Source: Alphaproteobacteria bacterium (GTDB lineage: Bacteria > Pseudomonadota > Alphaproteobacteria > CAAHEQ01 > UBA3637). From it: a DNA stretch of 53,407 nt. The stretch spans positions 1 to 53,407 of the forward strand of contig JAGDDD010000041.1 of NCBI GenBank assembly GCA_017958225.1, in the 5' to 3' direction. The translations under genes were made by a program, and so were the position numbers. Each line of letters begins with the position of its first letter. Within the stretch, counting starts at the first letter, position 1. The notes below the pieces were generated by a model. It had not been told where the DNA came from. It saw nothing but the letters and a program-made list of their open reading frames with translations, and searched no databases. Of this stretch, positions 39,029-46,700 are shown piece by piece.

Positions 39029-40339
39029 TTATCGTGACGCCTCTTTTGTTGGTGTTTTTTTTGCTTTTCTTTGTTGGACTTTATTTTTGATGAAATTGAA
39101 AAGTTTACTATGCGTTTGAGGTAGGGCTGTTGTGGTCTTTATTGCTTGTCTTTTTATGTTGAGCGTATATTCATTTTCCAAGAAGTTCATTAATTGAAGG
39201 AGATTAGGAACTCTTGCAATGCCGTCTTTTCCTAGAGCGCTCGTTGCTACGGTGGCCTCATAAAATTGTTGAGGTGTTACCGAAGGATTGATTTGCCGGG
39301 CCAAAACAAACAAACCGGCAATATAAGGTGTTTTCCATGAGTAATCGGCACGAGCATAATGAACAAACTTATCTGATCCTATCTCTGATGCTGTGGTTAT
39401 ATGTCCAGCAGGAAATGCCAATAACCCCTTTTTGGCTTCTTTTTTTAGATGAGGTAATGCAATATTTACAAACCATCGGGGGAGAAAATAGTTTTTGCCT
39501 TCTTGAGTTGGTTGATTGTACTTCCTATCTAATGCAAATGTCCAAAATGATGTTCCTTCAAAACAAGATGCATTGAGTACAGCCAGTCCATTTTGTTGGG
39601 CATGTTCCATGGCCTTGGCCCATTCGCCCGTTTTGTCCCGTTTGTGCATTGCTCCCCAAGATATAGAGACAACTTGAATGGGTTTTTCACCTTTTTGAAC
39701 CAATTCTTTATTGATTTCAATAATCCGTTCCAGCGCGCGAGCATAATTGTGGGAAGATCCTTTTTTATCATAATCTTTTGAATTCATAGAGATAAACTTG
39801 TTGTTAGCATCAACGTGATTATTGGCGGCGAAATAATATAATTTAGCATCCGGGGCGACACCGCAGGTTTTGCCGACGGCCAAAGATGCCACGGCCGAGC
39901 CGTGCATAGATCCATGCATAGTTTCATGGTTCTCTTCATAGTGTGGCTGATCAAAACCAATTTCTTCATAATGCACCAAGTTGTCGTGATATTCCGTATG
40001 ATCAGATAGGAACTGATCTATAATGGCAATAGATAAACCCTTTCCGGTCAGTCCTTTTTTATGAAGAGCTTGCACATTCAATAGTCGCTTGCCTAATGCC
40101 ATAGTTTCTTTTGGGTCAAAATCCTTCGGCATTTTTGCTAGATCTGTTGGCCAAATTGTGTTTTCGTCAAATTCGATCAATTGAGGATCATAGGCGGACA
40201 AATCCAGTTGAGAGCAATCTACGCCCTTCAACCGTAAAGTAGCATAATCATCTTGAGATATTTGTTCGGGTGTTGGCAAATCATTAGCTTGCACATGTTT
40301 GTTGTTCCAAAAAGGATAAGGTGCTCTTAATTTCATCAT
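39029..40339 (-). CDS. S8 (subtilisin-like) serine peptidase
   Basis: IAIID, HGSAVAS, GVAPDA, VSISWG, SWKTPYIAG; AGGAG RBS. Confidence 0.85.
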   Translation of the reverse strand: MMKLRAPYPFWNNKHVQANDLPTPEQISQDDYATLRLKGVDCSQLDLSAYDPQLIEFDENTIWPTDLAKMPKDFDPKETMALGKRLLNVQALHKKGLTGKGLSIAIIDQFLSDHTEYHDNLVHYEEIGFDQPHYEENHETMHGSMHGSAVASLAVGKTCGVAPDAKLYYFAANNHVDANNKFISMNSKDYDKKGSSHNYARALERIIEINKELVQKGEKPIQVVSISWGAMHKRDKTGEWAKAMEHAQQNGLAVLNASCFEGTSFWTFALDRKYNQPTQEGKNYFLPRWFVNIALPHLKKEAKKGLLAFPAGHITTASEIGSDKFVHYARADYSWKTPYIAGLFVLARQINPSVTPQQFYEATVATSALGKDGIARVPNLLQLMNFLENEYTLNIKRQAIKTTTALPQTHSKLFNFIKNKVQQRKAKKTPTKEASR

Positions 40340-40387
40340 TTCTCTCCTGTCGAAATTATAAACCGCATTATACCACACTCTTGCGCC

Positions 40388-40406
40388 AAAAGCAAGGTGT
40401 TTTTAT
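40388..40406. repeat. 19-bp direct repeat copy 2 (includes S8 gene -35 box)
   Basis: AAAAGCAAGGTGTTTTTAT; minus strand TTGCTT-17-TATAAT. Confidence 0.8.
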
Positions 40407-40485
40407 GGGGGGGGGGACACCTGTGCAATTTTTTCTTGCGTGGGTGGGCAGATTTATATACACTGGAAAAAGAAGAGGAGGATGT

Positions 40486-41355
40486 ATGCCTAAAGTTTAT
40501 TTTACCCGCGATATCAGCCCGCAAGGCCTGTTAAAACTTTACCATCAAGTCAATCAAGACATTACCGGCAAGGTGGTTATCAAGTTCCATACCGGCGAAC
40601 CGCACGGACCCAACCTGTTGCCGCGCGATATGGTCAAAGCCTTGATAGATGATGTGCCGGGCAGTGTGTTGGCCGATACTAATGTATATTACGAAAGCCC
40701 ACGTCAAACGACAGCCGGCCATCGAGAGACGATACATATCAATGGTTGGGATAAGTTCGCCACTGTCGATATCTTGGATGAAGAGGGGGCTGTGATGCTG
40801 CCGGTGCATGGCGGCAAGCACTTTACGGCCATGTCCATGGGCTCACACATTAAAAATTATGATTCTATGATAGTCTTGACGCACTTTAAGGGTCATACGA
40901 TGGGCGGTTTTGGCGGCTCTATTAAAAATATTGCTATCGGTTGCGCGGACGGCAAAATCGGCAAGAAAATGCTGCACACTTATCCCGGACAAGACCAATG
41001 GTCCATCTGCAAAAAGCCTTTTATGGAAAATATGGTAGAGTCTGCCAAAGCCACGGTAGATTACTTTGCTCCGCACATCACTTTTTTGAACGTTCTGCGT
41101 CGTATGTCCGTTGATTGTGATTGTATGGGCGTTGATGCGGCCGAGCCGACGATACGCGATATCGGTATTTTGGCCTCTACGGATATTTTGGCGGTGGATC
41201 AAGCCTCAATTGATTTGGTCTATCAAGCGCCGGCAAAGGAACTGCACGATATTAAAAAGCGTATTGAATCGCGCGAGGGTTTGCATCAGTTGGTTTATGG
41301 TGCTAAAATCGGTTTAGGCTCACGCAAATACGAACTAATTGACATGGATAAATAA
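40486..41355 (+). CDS. DUF362 family Fe-S protein
   Basis: KFHTGE, THFKGH.MGGFGG.IKN..IGC, DCDC, DILAVDQA. Confidence 0.88.
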   Translation: MPKVYFTRDISPQGLLKLYHQVNQDITGKVVIKFHTGEPHGPNLLPRDMVKALIDDVPGSVLADTNVYYESPRQTTAGHRETIHINGWDKFATVDILDEEGAVMLPVHGGKHFTAMSMGSHIKNYDSMIVLTHFKGHTMGGFGGSIKNIAIGCADGKIGKKMLHTYPGQDQWSICKKPFMENMVESAKATVDYFAPHITFLNVLRRMSVDCDCMGVDAAEPTIRDIGILASTDILAVDQASIDLVYQAPAKELHDIKKRIESREGLHQLVYGAKIGLGSRKYELIDMDK

Positions 41356-41366
41356 AGGAGAGAACA

Positions 41367-42158
41367 ATGGCGAAAAAAGCACGAAAGGCAAAAAAGAAAA
41401 AAGAAACTCGGACGTCAAAGAAAACCAGCTTGCGCAAAAAGATTACGTGGGGTGTCGTCTTTGTCCTTTTGGCAGGTGCGTTGGCAATTTATTTTTTCGG
41501 CGGAGAGAATGGGCGTCCGATCGGTCAGTATAGGCGCTATACCGATGCAATTGATAATGAATCTTCTGGTACGCATGAGACATTTGATGGTATGTTCTAT
41601 AAGCCCATTATTTACCTGTATCCCAAAAGTGAGATGAAGGTCTCTGTTGAGTTGGGACGCCCGGACAAAGTAACCCACACCTATCCGAAATACAACGACG
41701 GATGGCAAGTGGTGGCGCAACCCAATGGCGATTTGACAGATCCTAAAACAGGGCGGTATTACTATGCTTTGTATTGGGAAGGCGAGAATACCAGGGCGCC
41801 TGCGCCTATGGAAGAGGGCTTTATTGTGCGTGGCGAAGATACCATCAACTTTTTGGAAACGCAGTTGGCAAAACTGGGCTTGAACGAGCGCGAGGCCGAA
41901 GAGTTTATCGTTTATTGGCTGCCCAAATTGGAAAGCAGCCCTTATAACTATATTCGCTTTCAGACAAGGCGAGAGCAGGATCGGCATATGCCCTTAATTA
42001 TCAAGCCTTTCCCCAAGACGATTATACGCGTTATGATGGAATACGCCAATTTGCAAAAGCCTATCAAGGTCACTGAGCAGGTGCTGCCGGAAACGCCGGC
42101 GCGTGACGGCTTTACGGTGGTGGAGTGGGGCGCAACCGAATTGCCCGCACAACAATAG
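41367..42158 (+). CDS. Uncharacterised KPxIYLYP-motif protein, N-terminal membrane anchor (paralog A)
   Basis: Basic N-terminus plus TM; KPIIYLYP, TYP, YALYWEG, FIVYWLP, GFTVVEWG. Confidence 0.85.
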   Translation: MAKKARKAKKKKETRTSKKTSLRKKITWGVVFVLLAGALAIYFFGGENGRPIGQYRRYTDAIDNESSGTHETFDGMFYKPIIYLYPKSEMKVSVELGRPDKVTHTYPKYNDGWQVVAQPNGDLTDPKTGRYYYALYWEGENTRAPAPMEEGFIVRGEDTINFLETQLAKLGLNEREAEEFIVYWLPKLESSPYNYIRFQTRREQDRHMPLIIKPFPKTIIRVMMEYANLQKPIKVTEQVLPETPARDGFTVVEWGATELPAQQ

Positions 42159-42166
42159 TTGATTTT
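42108..42166. repeat. 59-bp direct repeat copy 1
   Basis: 57/59 identical to 42923-42981. Confidence 0.9.
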
Positions 42167-42187
42167 GGGGCTGTCAGCGCCTATAAT
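42159..42187 (+). promoter_or_regulatory. Sigma70-type promoter
   Basis: TTGATT-17-TATAAT. Confidence 0.65.
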
Positions 42188-42220
42188 AAGCCTAGGCTAA
42201 CGTGAGATAAGGAGAGGACT

Positions 42221-42973
42221 ATGGCAAAACGCAAAGCAAAACCACCTTTGAAGAAAAAGATTATTATCGCTTTAGTGTTCTTGGGTGTGATTTGTGGCGG
42301 CCTGTGGTATTGGTTATACGATGGTTGCCCTACGGGGGAACATAAATGTTGTTATCTGTCGGCCAGTGGAGATGGAGGACACAGTTGCCATTGCACATCG
42401 TTGGAGTGTATGGATGCTAAACCCGTCATTTATCTGTATCCGACTGAAACGACAGATGTGTTTGTGCAACTCGGACGACCGGAAAATCTGACGCACACTT
42501 ATCCACAATACAACGGCGGTTGGCAAGTTACCGCTCAACCTAATGGCGATTTGACGGACGACAACACTGGACGGCACTATTATTCTTTGTATTGGGAAGG
42601 TGTGCATACGGGCATTCAATCACAACAGGATGGCTTTATTGTGGCCGGTCCGGATACCGTGCGCTTTTTGGAAGAAAAGTTGGCGTGGTTTGGCTTGACA
42701 GAGCGTGAAGCGCAAGAGTTTATTATTTATTGGCTGCCCAGGTTGGAGAGCAATGCGTATAACTTTATTCGTTTCCAAACGAGGGCGGAAATAGACGAGA
42801 ATATGCCGCTGATTATCACGCCTCAGCCGAATACGCTGATACGGGTTATGATGAGTTTTCGCCCTGCCGAACCGGGGGAACAGGTGCCGGCGCAAATCTT
42901 GCCGCCTATGCCTTTCCGCAATGGCTTTACGGTGGTGGAGTGGGGCGCGACCGAATTGCCCGCAAAACAATAG
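42221..42973 (+). CDS. Uncharacterised KPxIYLYP-motif protein with Cys-rich segment (paralog B)
   Basis: Basic N-terminus plus TM; 6-Cys segment; KPVIYLYP, YSLYWEG, FIIYWLP, GFTVVEWG. Confidence 0.85.
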   Translation: MAKRKAKPPLKKKIIIALVFLGVICGGLWYWLYDGCPTGEHKCCYLSASGDGGHSCHCTSLECMDAKPVIYLYPTETTDVFVQLGRPENLTHTYPQYNGGWQVTAQPNGDLTDDNTGRHYYSLYWEGVHTGIQSQQDGFIVAGPDTVRFLEEKLAWFGLTEREAQEFIIYWLPRLESNAYNFIRFQTRAEIDENMPLIITPQPNTLIRVMMSFRPAEPGEQVPAQILPPMPFRNGFTVVEWGATELPAKQ

Positions 42974-42981
42974 TTGATTTT
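42923..42981. repeat. 59-bp direct repeat copy 2
   Basis: 57/59 identical to 42108-42166. Confidence 0.9.
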
Positions 42982-43002
42982 AATACCATTTGGGTGTATA
43001 AT
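42974..43002 (+). promoter_or_regulatory. Sigma70-type promoter
   Basis: TTGATT-17-TATAAT. Confidence 0.65.
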
Positions 43003-43035
43003 ATGCCTATAATCATTTAAACAAAGGAGAAGAAA

Positions 43036-44166
43036 ATGGCAGATGAAACGTTTGCAGATTTGATGAGCCGCGCGACTTTTAAATATTCAAAAGCCGGCGA
43101 TTTACTTATTTGTGTAGATGGTGCTACCTTCAAGTTAAATCAAAAGAAAAATAAAACGCTGCTTGAGTTATCGGTGGAACAAGGTTGGGATATCGGGCAG
43201 AATGCGATGCCACCGGAAGTCGCTAAGTGGATTAATGACTTTTTAGCGGCCTATAAAGAGGGTAAATTGTGGGCAAATGCTCTTGTTTCTGCTATGGCGA
43301 AATTAAAACGTAATGCCGAAACAGGGAGCACGGAGACTTTTTATGAGGTGGCGCTTTCCGATCCACATGTTCTTGCTACATTAGATCCACGCATTCTTAC
43401 CACTTTACCTCCAAGTGATCTGGCCAGGTTGGATCCGACAGTCCTTGCTACTTTGGGTTCGCGCTCTGTGGGGCCGTCTGGGCCTCGTGACCTGGGACCG
43501 GTAAGCCGGTTCCTGTCTGTGAATGACAAAGGTCAGTTGGCTGTTAAAATGGTTTACCTGGGAACGGACGAAGATGGGGTTGTAAGATATGGCATGCCTG
43601 GCGATTATCTGGGTATCGAAAGCTCGTGGTATCCCGGCAAAGATAAACAGATTGGCTATGATGTAGATAACGTGTTGGGTTTGCCGGATGAATCTTCACA
43701 AAATGATCAGACTGTGATTGAATTGCCCTATACGGAAACACCCTCTGCGGAGAATAATCAATCTACCAATTCCAATACATCCACTCCGGGATCCCCGACA
43801 GGCACTGGTGGTAATGGCAAGATCAATCTTGTGGATAATAAAGCACAAGATATGACGAAACCAGAAAACAATTCTGGTGCGCGTATCGTATCGGGTCAGA
43901 CTGTGGCAAAACAGGCTCAAAAAGATGAGAAACATACGAAGAAGGGTAAGCGACTTCTTACTAGCGAACAGAGAAAGGCGCGTCGTCGGAAACCAAGACA
44001 GACAAGGAACAATCCTTCCAAGGATGATAAGGCTCAAAAAAGGTTGCTCGCCGTTCTCACGGCACACTATCGGAAAGAGGGAACAATCACCAGCAATCAA
44101 AGAGTGGTAGGTATGGCCAACAGGGGCGGGAAGCTTATACCAAAAGTAGCAAAAGTTACGCGCTGA
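43036..44166 (+). CDS. Hypothetical protein with 8-aa repeats and a basic C-terminus
   Basis: AAAGGAG RBS, own promoter and terminator; no family recognised. Confidence 0.8.
   Translation: MADETFADLMSRATFKYSKAGDLLICVDGATFKLNQKKNKTLLELSVEQGWDIGQNAMPPEVAKWINDFLAAYKEGKLWANALVSAMAKLKRNAETGSTETFYEVALSDPHVLATLDPRILTTLPPSDLARLDPTVLATLGSRSVGPSGPRDLGPVSRFLSVNDKGQLAVKMVYLGTDEDGVVRYGMPGDYLGIESSWYPGKDKQIGYDVDNVLGLPDESSQNDQTVIELPYTETPSAENNQSTNSNTSTPGSPTGTGGNGKINLVDNKAQDMTKPENNSGARIVSGQTVAKQAQKDEKHTKKGKRLLTSEQRKARRRKPRQTRNNPSKDDKAQKRLLAVLTAHYRKEGTITSNQRVVGMANRGGKLIPKVAKVTR
43360..43455 (+). repeat. 4 x 24-bp degenerate in-frame tandem repeat
   Basis: DPHVLATL/DPRILTTL/PPSDLARL/DPTVLATL. Confidence 0.8.
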
Positions 44167-44183
44167 TGGTCCTTGTCAATTAT

Positions 44184-44217
44184 AAAAAAACACCCTCACA
44201 ATGAGGGTGTTTTTTTT
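44184..44217. terminator. Bidirectional intrinsic terminator
   Basis: A7-CACCCTCA-caa-TGAGGGTG-T8. Confidence 0.9.
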
Positions 44218-44247
44218 ACGGGTAATATGAGCTAGTTTTAAATTATG

Positions 44248-44841
44248 TCACTCATATTCTTTAGGTGGTCGTTTCCCTGGGTTCGCGCGGTGTGCTGCAC
44301 GCAGGCGTTTTTTGTTTTGAGATTTTTGTTTGCAATAGTCTTTATAAGCGTCTTCAAGCACTTGTCTTGTTTCCAGCTTGCTAGCGGCCCTTCCGATCAA
44401 GAATTCGGCTTGGTCTTTGATTTGTGCCTTTTGTTCCTCTGGATTTTTATATCTTTTACGGTTCTGTTCGGCTATGTGGTAGGCACCTATTCTCCACCTT
44501 TCATACTGTGTTGGCTCCTTTTGTGCGTGAAAGGCTTTTTTAGCACCTCTTACACGGTTCTGTACATACCTGTCACGATTCTTTACTTCACGAGAATAAC
44601 GGTAATCTTCTATAATATCAATATCTTGTAAAAATTGTGTATCAGTTGCCTGTTGCGTCAAGTCTTCCACTAGTTCTGTGTAGGTTCCTTTCCCTGCCTT
44701 AGAGAGGATTTCAGCTCGTAACTCAATAGCTTTTTGTAGTTCTTCTTGTGTAAAAGTCACTTTTTGGGCTTTTTTGTCCATGTATTTTTGCACGGATGGT
44801 TTAGAATTTTGTTCGTTGTGTCTGACTGGTTTTACTGTCAT
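44248..44841 (-). CDS. Hypothetical basic protein, array member 4 (197 aa)
   Basis: Shared leader; FTQEELQKAIELRAEI; AYKDYCK. Confidence 0.8.
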   Translation of the reverse strand: MTVKPVRHNEQNSKPSVQKYMDKKAQKVTFTQEELQKAIELRAEILSKAGKGTYTELVEDLTQQATDTQFLQDIDIIEDYRYSREVKNRDRYVQNRVRGAKKAFHAQKEPTQYERWRIGAYHIAEQNRKRYKNPEEQKAQIKDQAEFLIGRAASKLETRQVLEDAYKDYCKQKSQNKKRLRAAHRANPGKRPPKEYE

Positions 44842-44845
44842 ATTG

Positions 44846-44864
44846 ATTTCTCCTATGTGTTGTT
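44846..44864 (-). repeat. Shared leader/RBS repeat AACAACACATAGGAGAAAT
   Basis: Identical to 45203-45221; variants at 46032-46050 and 45673-45691; all end 4 nt before the ATG. Confidence 0.85.
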
Positions 44865-44877
44865 AATTTTTTGAGGG

Positions 44878-45198
44878 TTAGTCTTTTACAAAGTTTTTAT
44901 TCATTGGGTTGGTTTTTGGGACGTAATGACCCACCCTATTTATCTGCACCTGATCAAAGAAGGGGCGTTCTTTTTTGGGCAGTTTAAGATACTCACTGTA
45001 AGTTTTTAAAAGATTCGCAGCAAATTTCTTGTCTTTTTGAGCTTTTTCAGTAAATTCCTTACCTTTCTTCTCGCAGATATCTTCGTATACATCTTGATGA
45101 AGTGCGGTATTCTCAAGGCTATCGATGGTGGCACGAGCGTAGATATGCGCGAGCCAGATAATAGCATCTTCCAGTTTAGTTGTCTTTTTGCCTCTCAT
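44878..45198 (-). CDS. Hypothetical protein, array member 3 (106 aa)
   Basis: Shared leader; LEDAIIWLAHI; KAQKDKKFA..LLKTYSEYLKLP. Confidence 0.8.
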   Translation of the reverse strand: MRGKKTTKLEDAIIWLAHIYARATIDSLENTALHQDVYEDICEKKGKEFTEKAQKDKKFAANLLKTYSEYLKLPKKERPFFDQVQINRVGHYVPKTNPMNKNFVKD

Positions 45199-45227
45199 GT
45201 CAATTTCTCCTATGTGTTGTTGATTGT

Positions 45228-45668
45228 TTAAGATTTTTGATGTCCGCCATCGTCAAGGTATTGCAATTGGGGCATTTGATGCTTCTTAAGGCGTCGCGGT
45301 TGCGTTTTCTTCACGCCTCGTGCCTGAGCCTTCTTCACGCCGCGCACTTGAGTTTTCTTTTGGCCTTGTTTTTGAGCCCGCTTCACACGCCGTTTTTGGG
45401 CCTTCTTTTTGCATCTTACGCGCCGTCCTTTGCCACGTCGCGTGGGGGAGCCCTGTTCATCCTCTTCTGAGAACTCTTGTTCTTCGGCGGCTTTTGCTAG
45501 CAAGATTAGGCGTATCTTTGTGTATTGTTTTTCCCATTCTTCCTGATACTTTCCCTTTTCCCAGTTCAGTTTATCTGCGCAGGCTTGATCGGCAAGCTCT
45601 TTGGCTCGCGCGTCAATAATTGTTTCTAACATAGGGTTATGTAATTCTTTCTTTGCCTTCTTTGGCAT
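45228..45668 (-). CDS. Hypothetical protein with a Lys/Arg repeat tail, array member 2 (146 aa)
   Basis: Degenerate leader; LETIIDARAKEL; LAKAAEEQEF; basic 8-aa repeats. Confidence 0.75.
   Translation of the reverse strand: MPKKAKKELHNPMLETIIDARAKELADQACADKLNWEKGKYQEEWEKQYTKIRLILLAKAAEEQEFSEEDEQGSPTRRGKGRRVRCKKKAQKRRVKRAQKQGQKKTQVRGVKKAQARGVKKTQPRRLKKHQMPQLQYLDDGGHQKS
45283..45402 (-). repeat. 5 x 24-bp degenerate tandem repeat
   Basis: Plus-strand units such as TTCTTCACGCCTCGTGCCTGAGCC and TTCTTCACGCCGCGCACTTGAGTT. Confidence 0.8.
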
Positions 45669-45724
45669 ATCAGTTTCCCTAATATCTTGTTTGGATTGGT
45701 CAGAAAACTCAAATAACGCGGGTT

Positions 45725-46027
45725 CTACATTGCATTTTGTGATTGTTGGTTTTGTCTTTTAAAATCGAACTTTTTCAAGTTTATAAGTCTCCGCTTATCC
45801 GCCTCACGTCCTTCGAGAGGGATTTTGCAGTGATCTCTATAAGCTTGTACCGCCCAATATGCGTAATCAGGATTTTTCTGTGCTTTGGACATTAAGGATC
45901 TAACTGTCCATGGGAACGCCTTCGCCTGTTTAGCTTTCTCTGCGGATGCCGCCCCAACATTAATCTCAGCTCGAAAACGAATGGCTTCCTTTAATTCTTC
46001 TTGTGTGTAGTTATCTTTTTTTGTCAT
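45725..46027 (-). CDS. Hypothetical protein, array member 1 (100 aa)
   Basis: Start at MTKKDN after the shared leader; YTQEELKEAIRFRAEI; KAQKNPDYA..AVQAYRDHCKIP. Confidence 0.8.
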   Translation of the reverse strand: MTKKDNYTQEELKEAIRFRAEINVGAASAEKAKQAKAFPWTVRSLMSKAQKNPDYAYWAVQAYRDHCKIPLEGREADKRRLINLKKFDFKRQNQQSQNAM

Positions 46028-46057
46028 GTCTGTTTCTCCTATATGTTGTTCTTTAAT

Positions 46058-46146
46058 TGGTGCGGAAAGCCGGAATCGAACCGGCACGGGAGCAAAGTCC
46101 CAACAGATTTTAAGTCTGTTGCGTCTACCTATTCCGCCATATCCGC
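46058..46146 (-). tRNA. tRNA-Leu(TAA)
   Basis: GCGGATATGGCGGAATAGGTAGACGC ACAGA-CTTAAAA-TCTGT ... GCCGGTTCGATTCCGGC...ACCA. Confidence 0.94.
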
Positions 46147-46244
46147 AACCACAATGCATATTTTACTCGTTTTTCGCAAAAAAGTAAAGTCTTTTTTGAA
46201 AAAACTTGCCTTTTTGTTTTTTATATGCTATTCCTGCAGTTAAG

Positions 46245-46697
46245 ATGAAGTTGAAAATCAAATATTTACCCAATTATTTGCCCGACTGGCCGCGTTTAGC
46301 GTTTGCTCATCCGGGCGATTCCGGACTGGATTTGCGTGCCGCCATAGCCGAGCCTTTGGTGTTAAAGGCCGGACAGCGTGCTTTGGTGCCCAATGGGGTC
46401 CAAATGGAGATGGAAGCGGATAGCAGTGACTATGAAGTGCAAATACGCCCGCGTTCCGGTTTGGCGGCTAAAGCCGGTTTGTTTGTGCTTAACACGCCGG
46501 GCACCATAGATTGGGGCTATCGCGGAGAATATAAGACCATTTTATTTAATTCCAGCACAGAAGATGTGACTATTCAGCCGGGGGATCGTATCTCTCAAGC
46601 GGTGGTTTGCCCGATTGTCCGCCCGCAAATCGAGGAAGTGACCGATATGTCTGCAACGCAACGCGGCGACAAGGGCTTTGGATCTTCGGGAGTGTAA
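46245..46697 (+). CDS. dut: dUTP diphosphatase
   Basis: SGLDL, RPRSGLA, GTIDWGYRGE, RISQ, RGDKGFGSSG (all five motifs). Confidence 0.96.
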   Translation: MKLKIKYLPNYLPDWPRLAFAHPGDSGLDLRAAIAEPLVLKAGQRALVPNGVQMEMEADSSDYEVQIRPRSGLAAKAGLFVLNTPGTIDWGYRGEYKTILFNSSTEDVTIQPGDRISQAVVCPIVRPQIEEVTDMSATQRGDKGFGSSGV

Positions 46698-46700
46698 AGC

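Noticed and set aside
41367-42981. Diversity-generating retroelement TR/VR pair
   Set aside because: No reverse transcriptase in the window; both repeat copies are coding gene ends with only two differences
45400-45480. Frameshift in the 146-aa array member restoring the sibling C-terminal motif
   Set aside because: The shifted frame I translated gives no Y..Y.K motif and stops quickly; the basic repeat tail stays in frame
44842-46057. Integron cassette or CRISPR interpretation of the leader repeats
   Set aside because: No attC-like palindromes, no integrase or cas genes, and the spacers are whole ORFs of unequal length
38935-46146. Classical tRNA-Leu-integrated island with attL/attR
   Set aside because: No second copy of the tRNA-Leu 3' end and no integrase found by eye
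46028-46159. N-terminal extension of ORF 45725-46159
   Set aside because: It runs through tRNA-Leu(TAA); the real start with RBS is 46027
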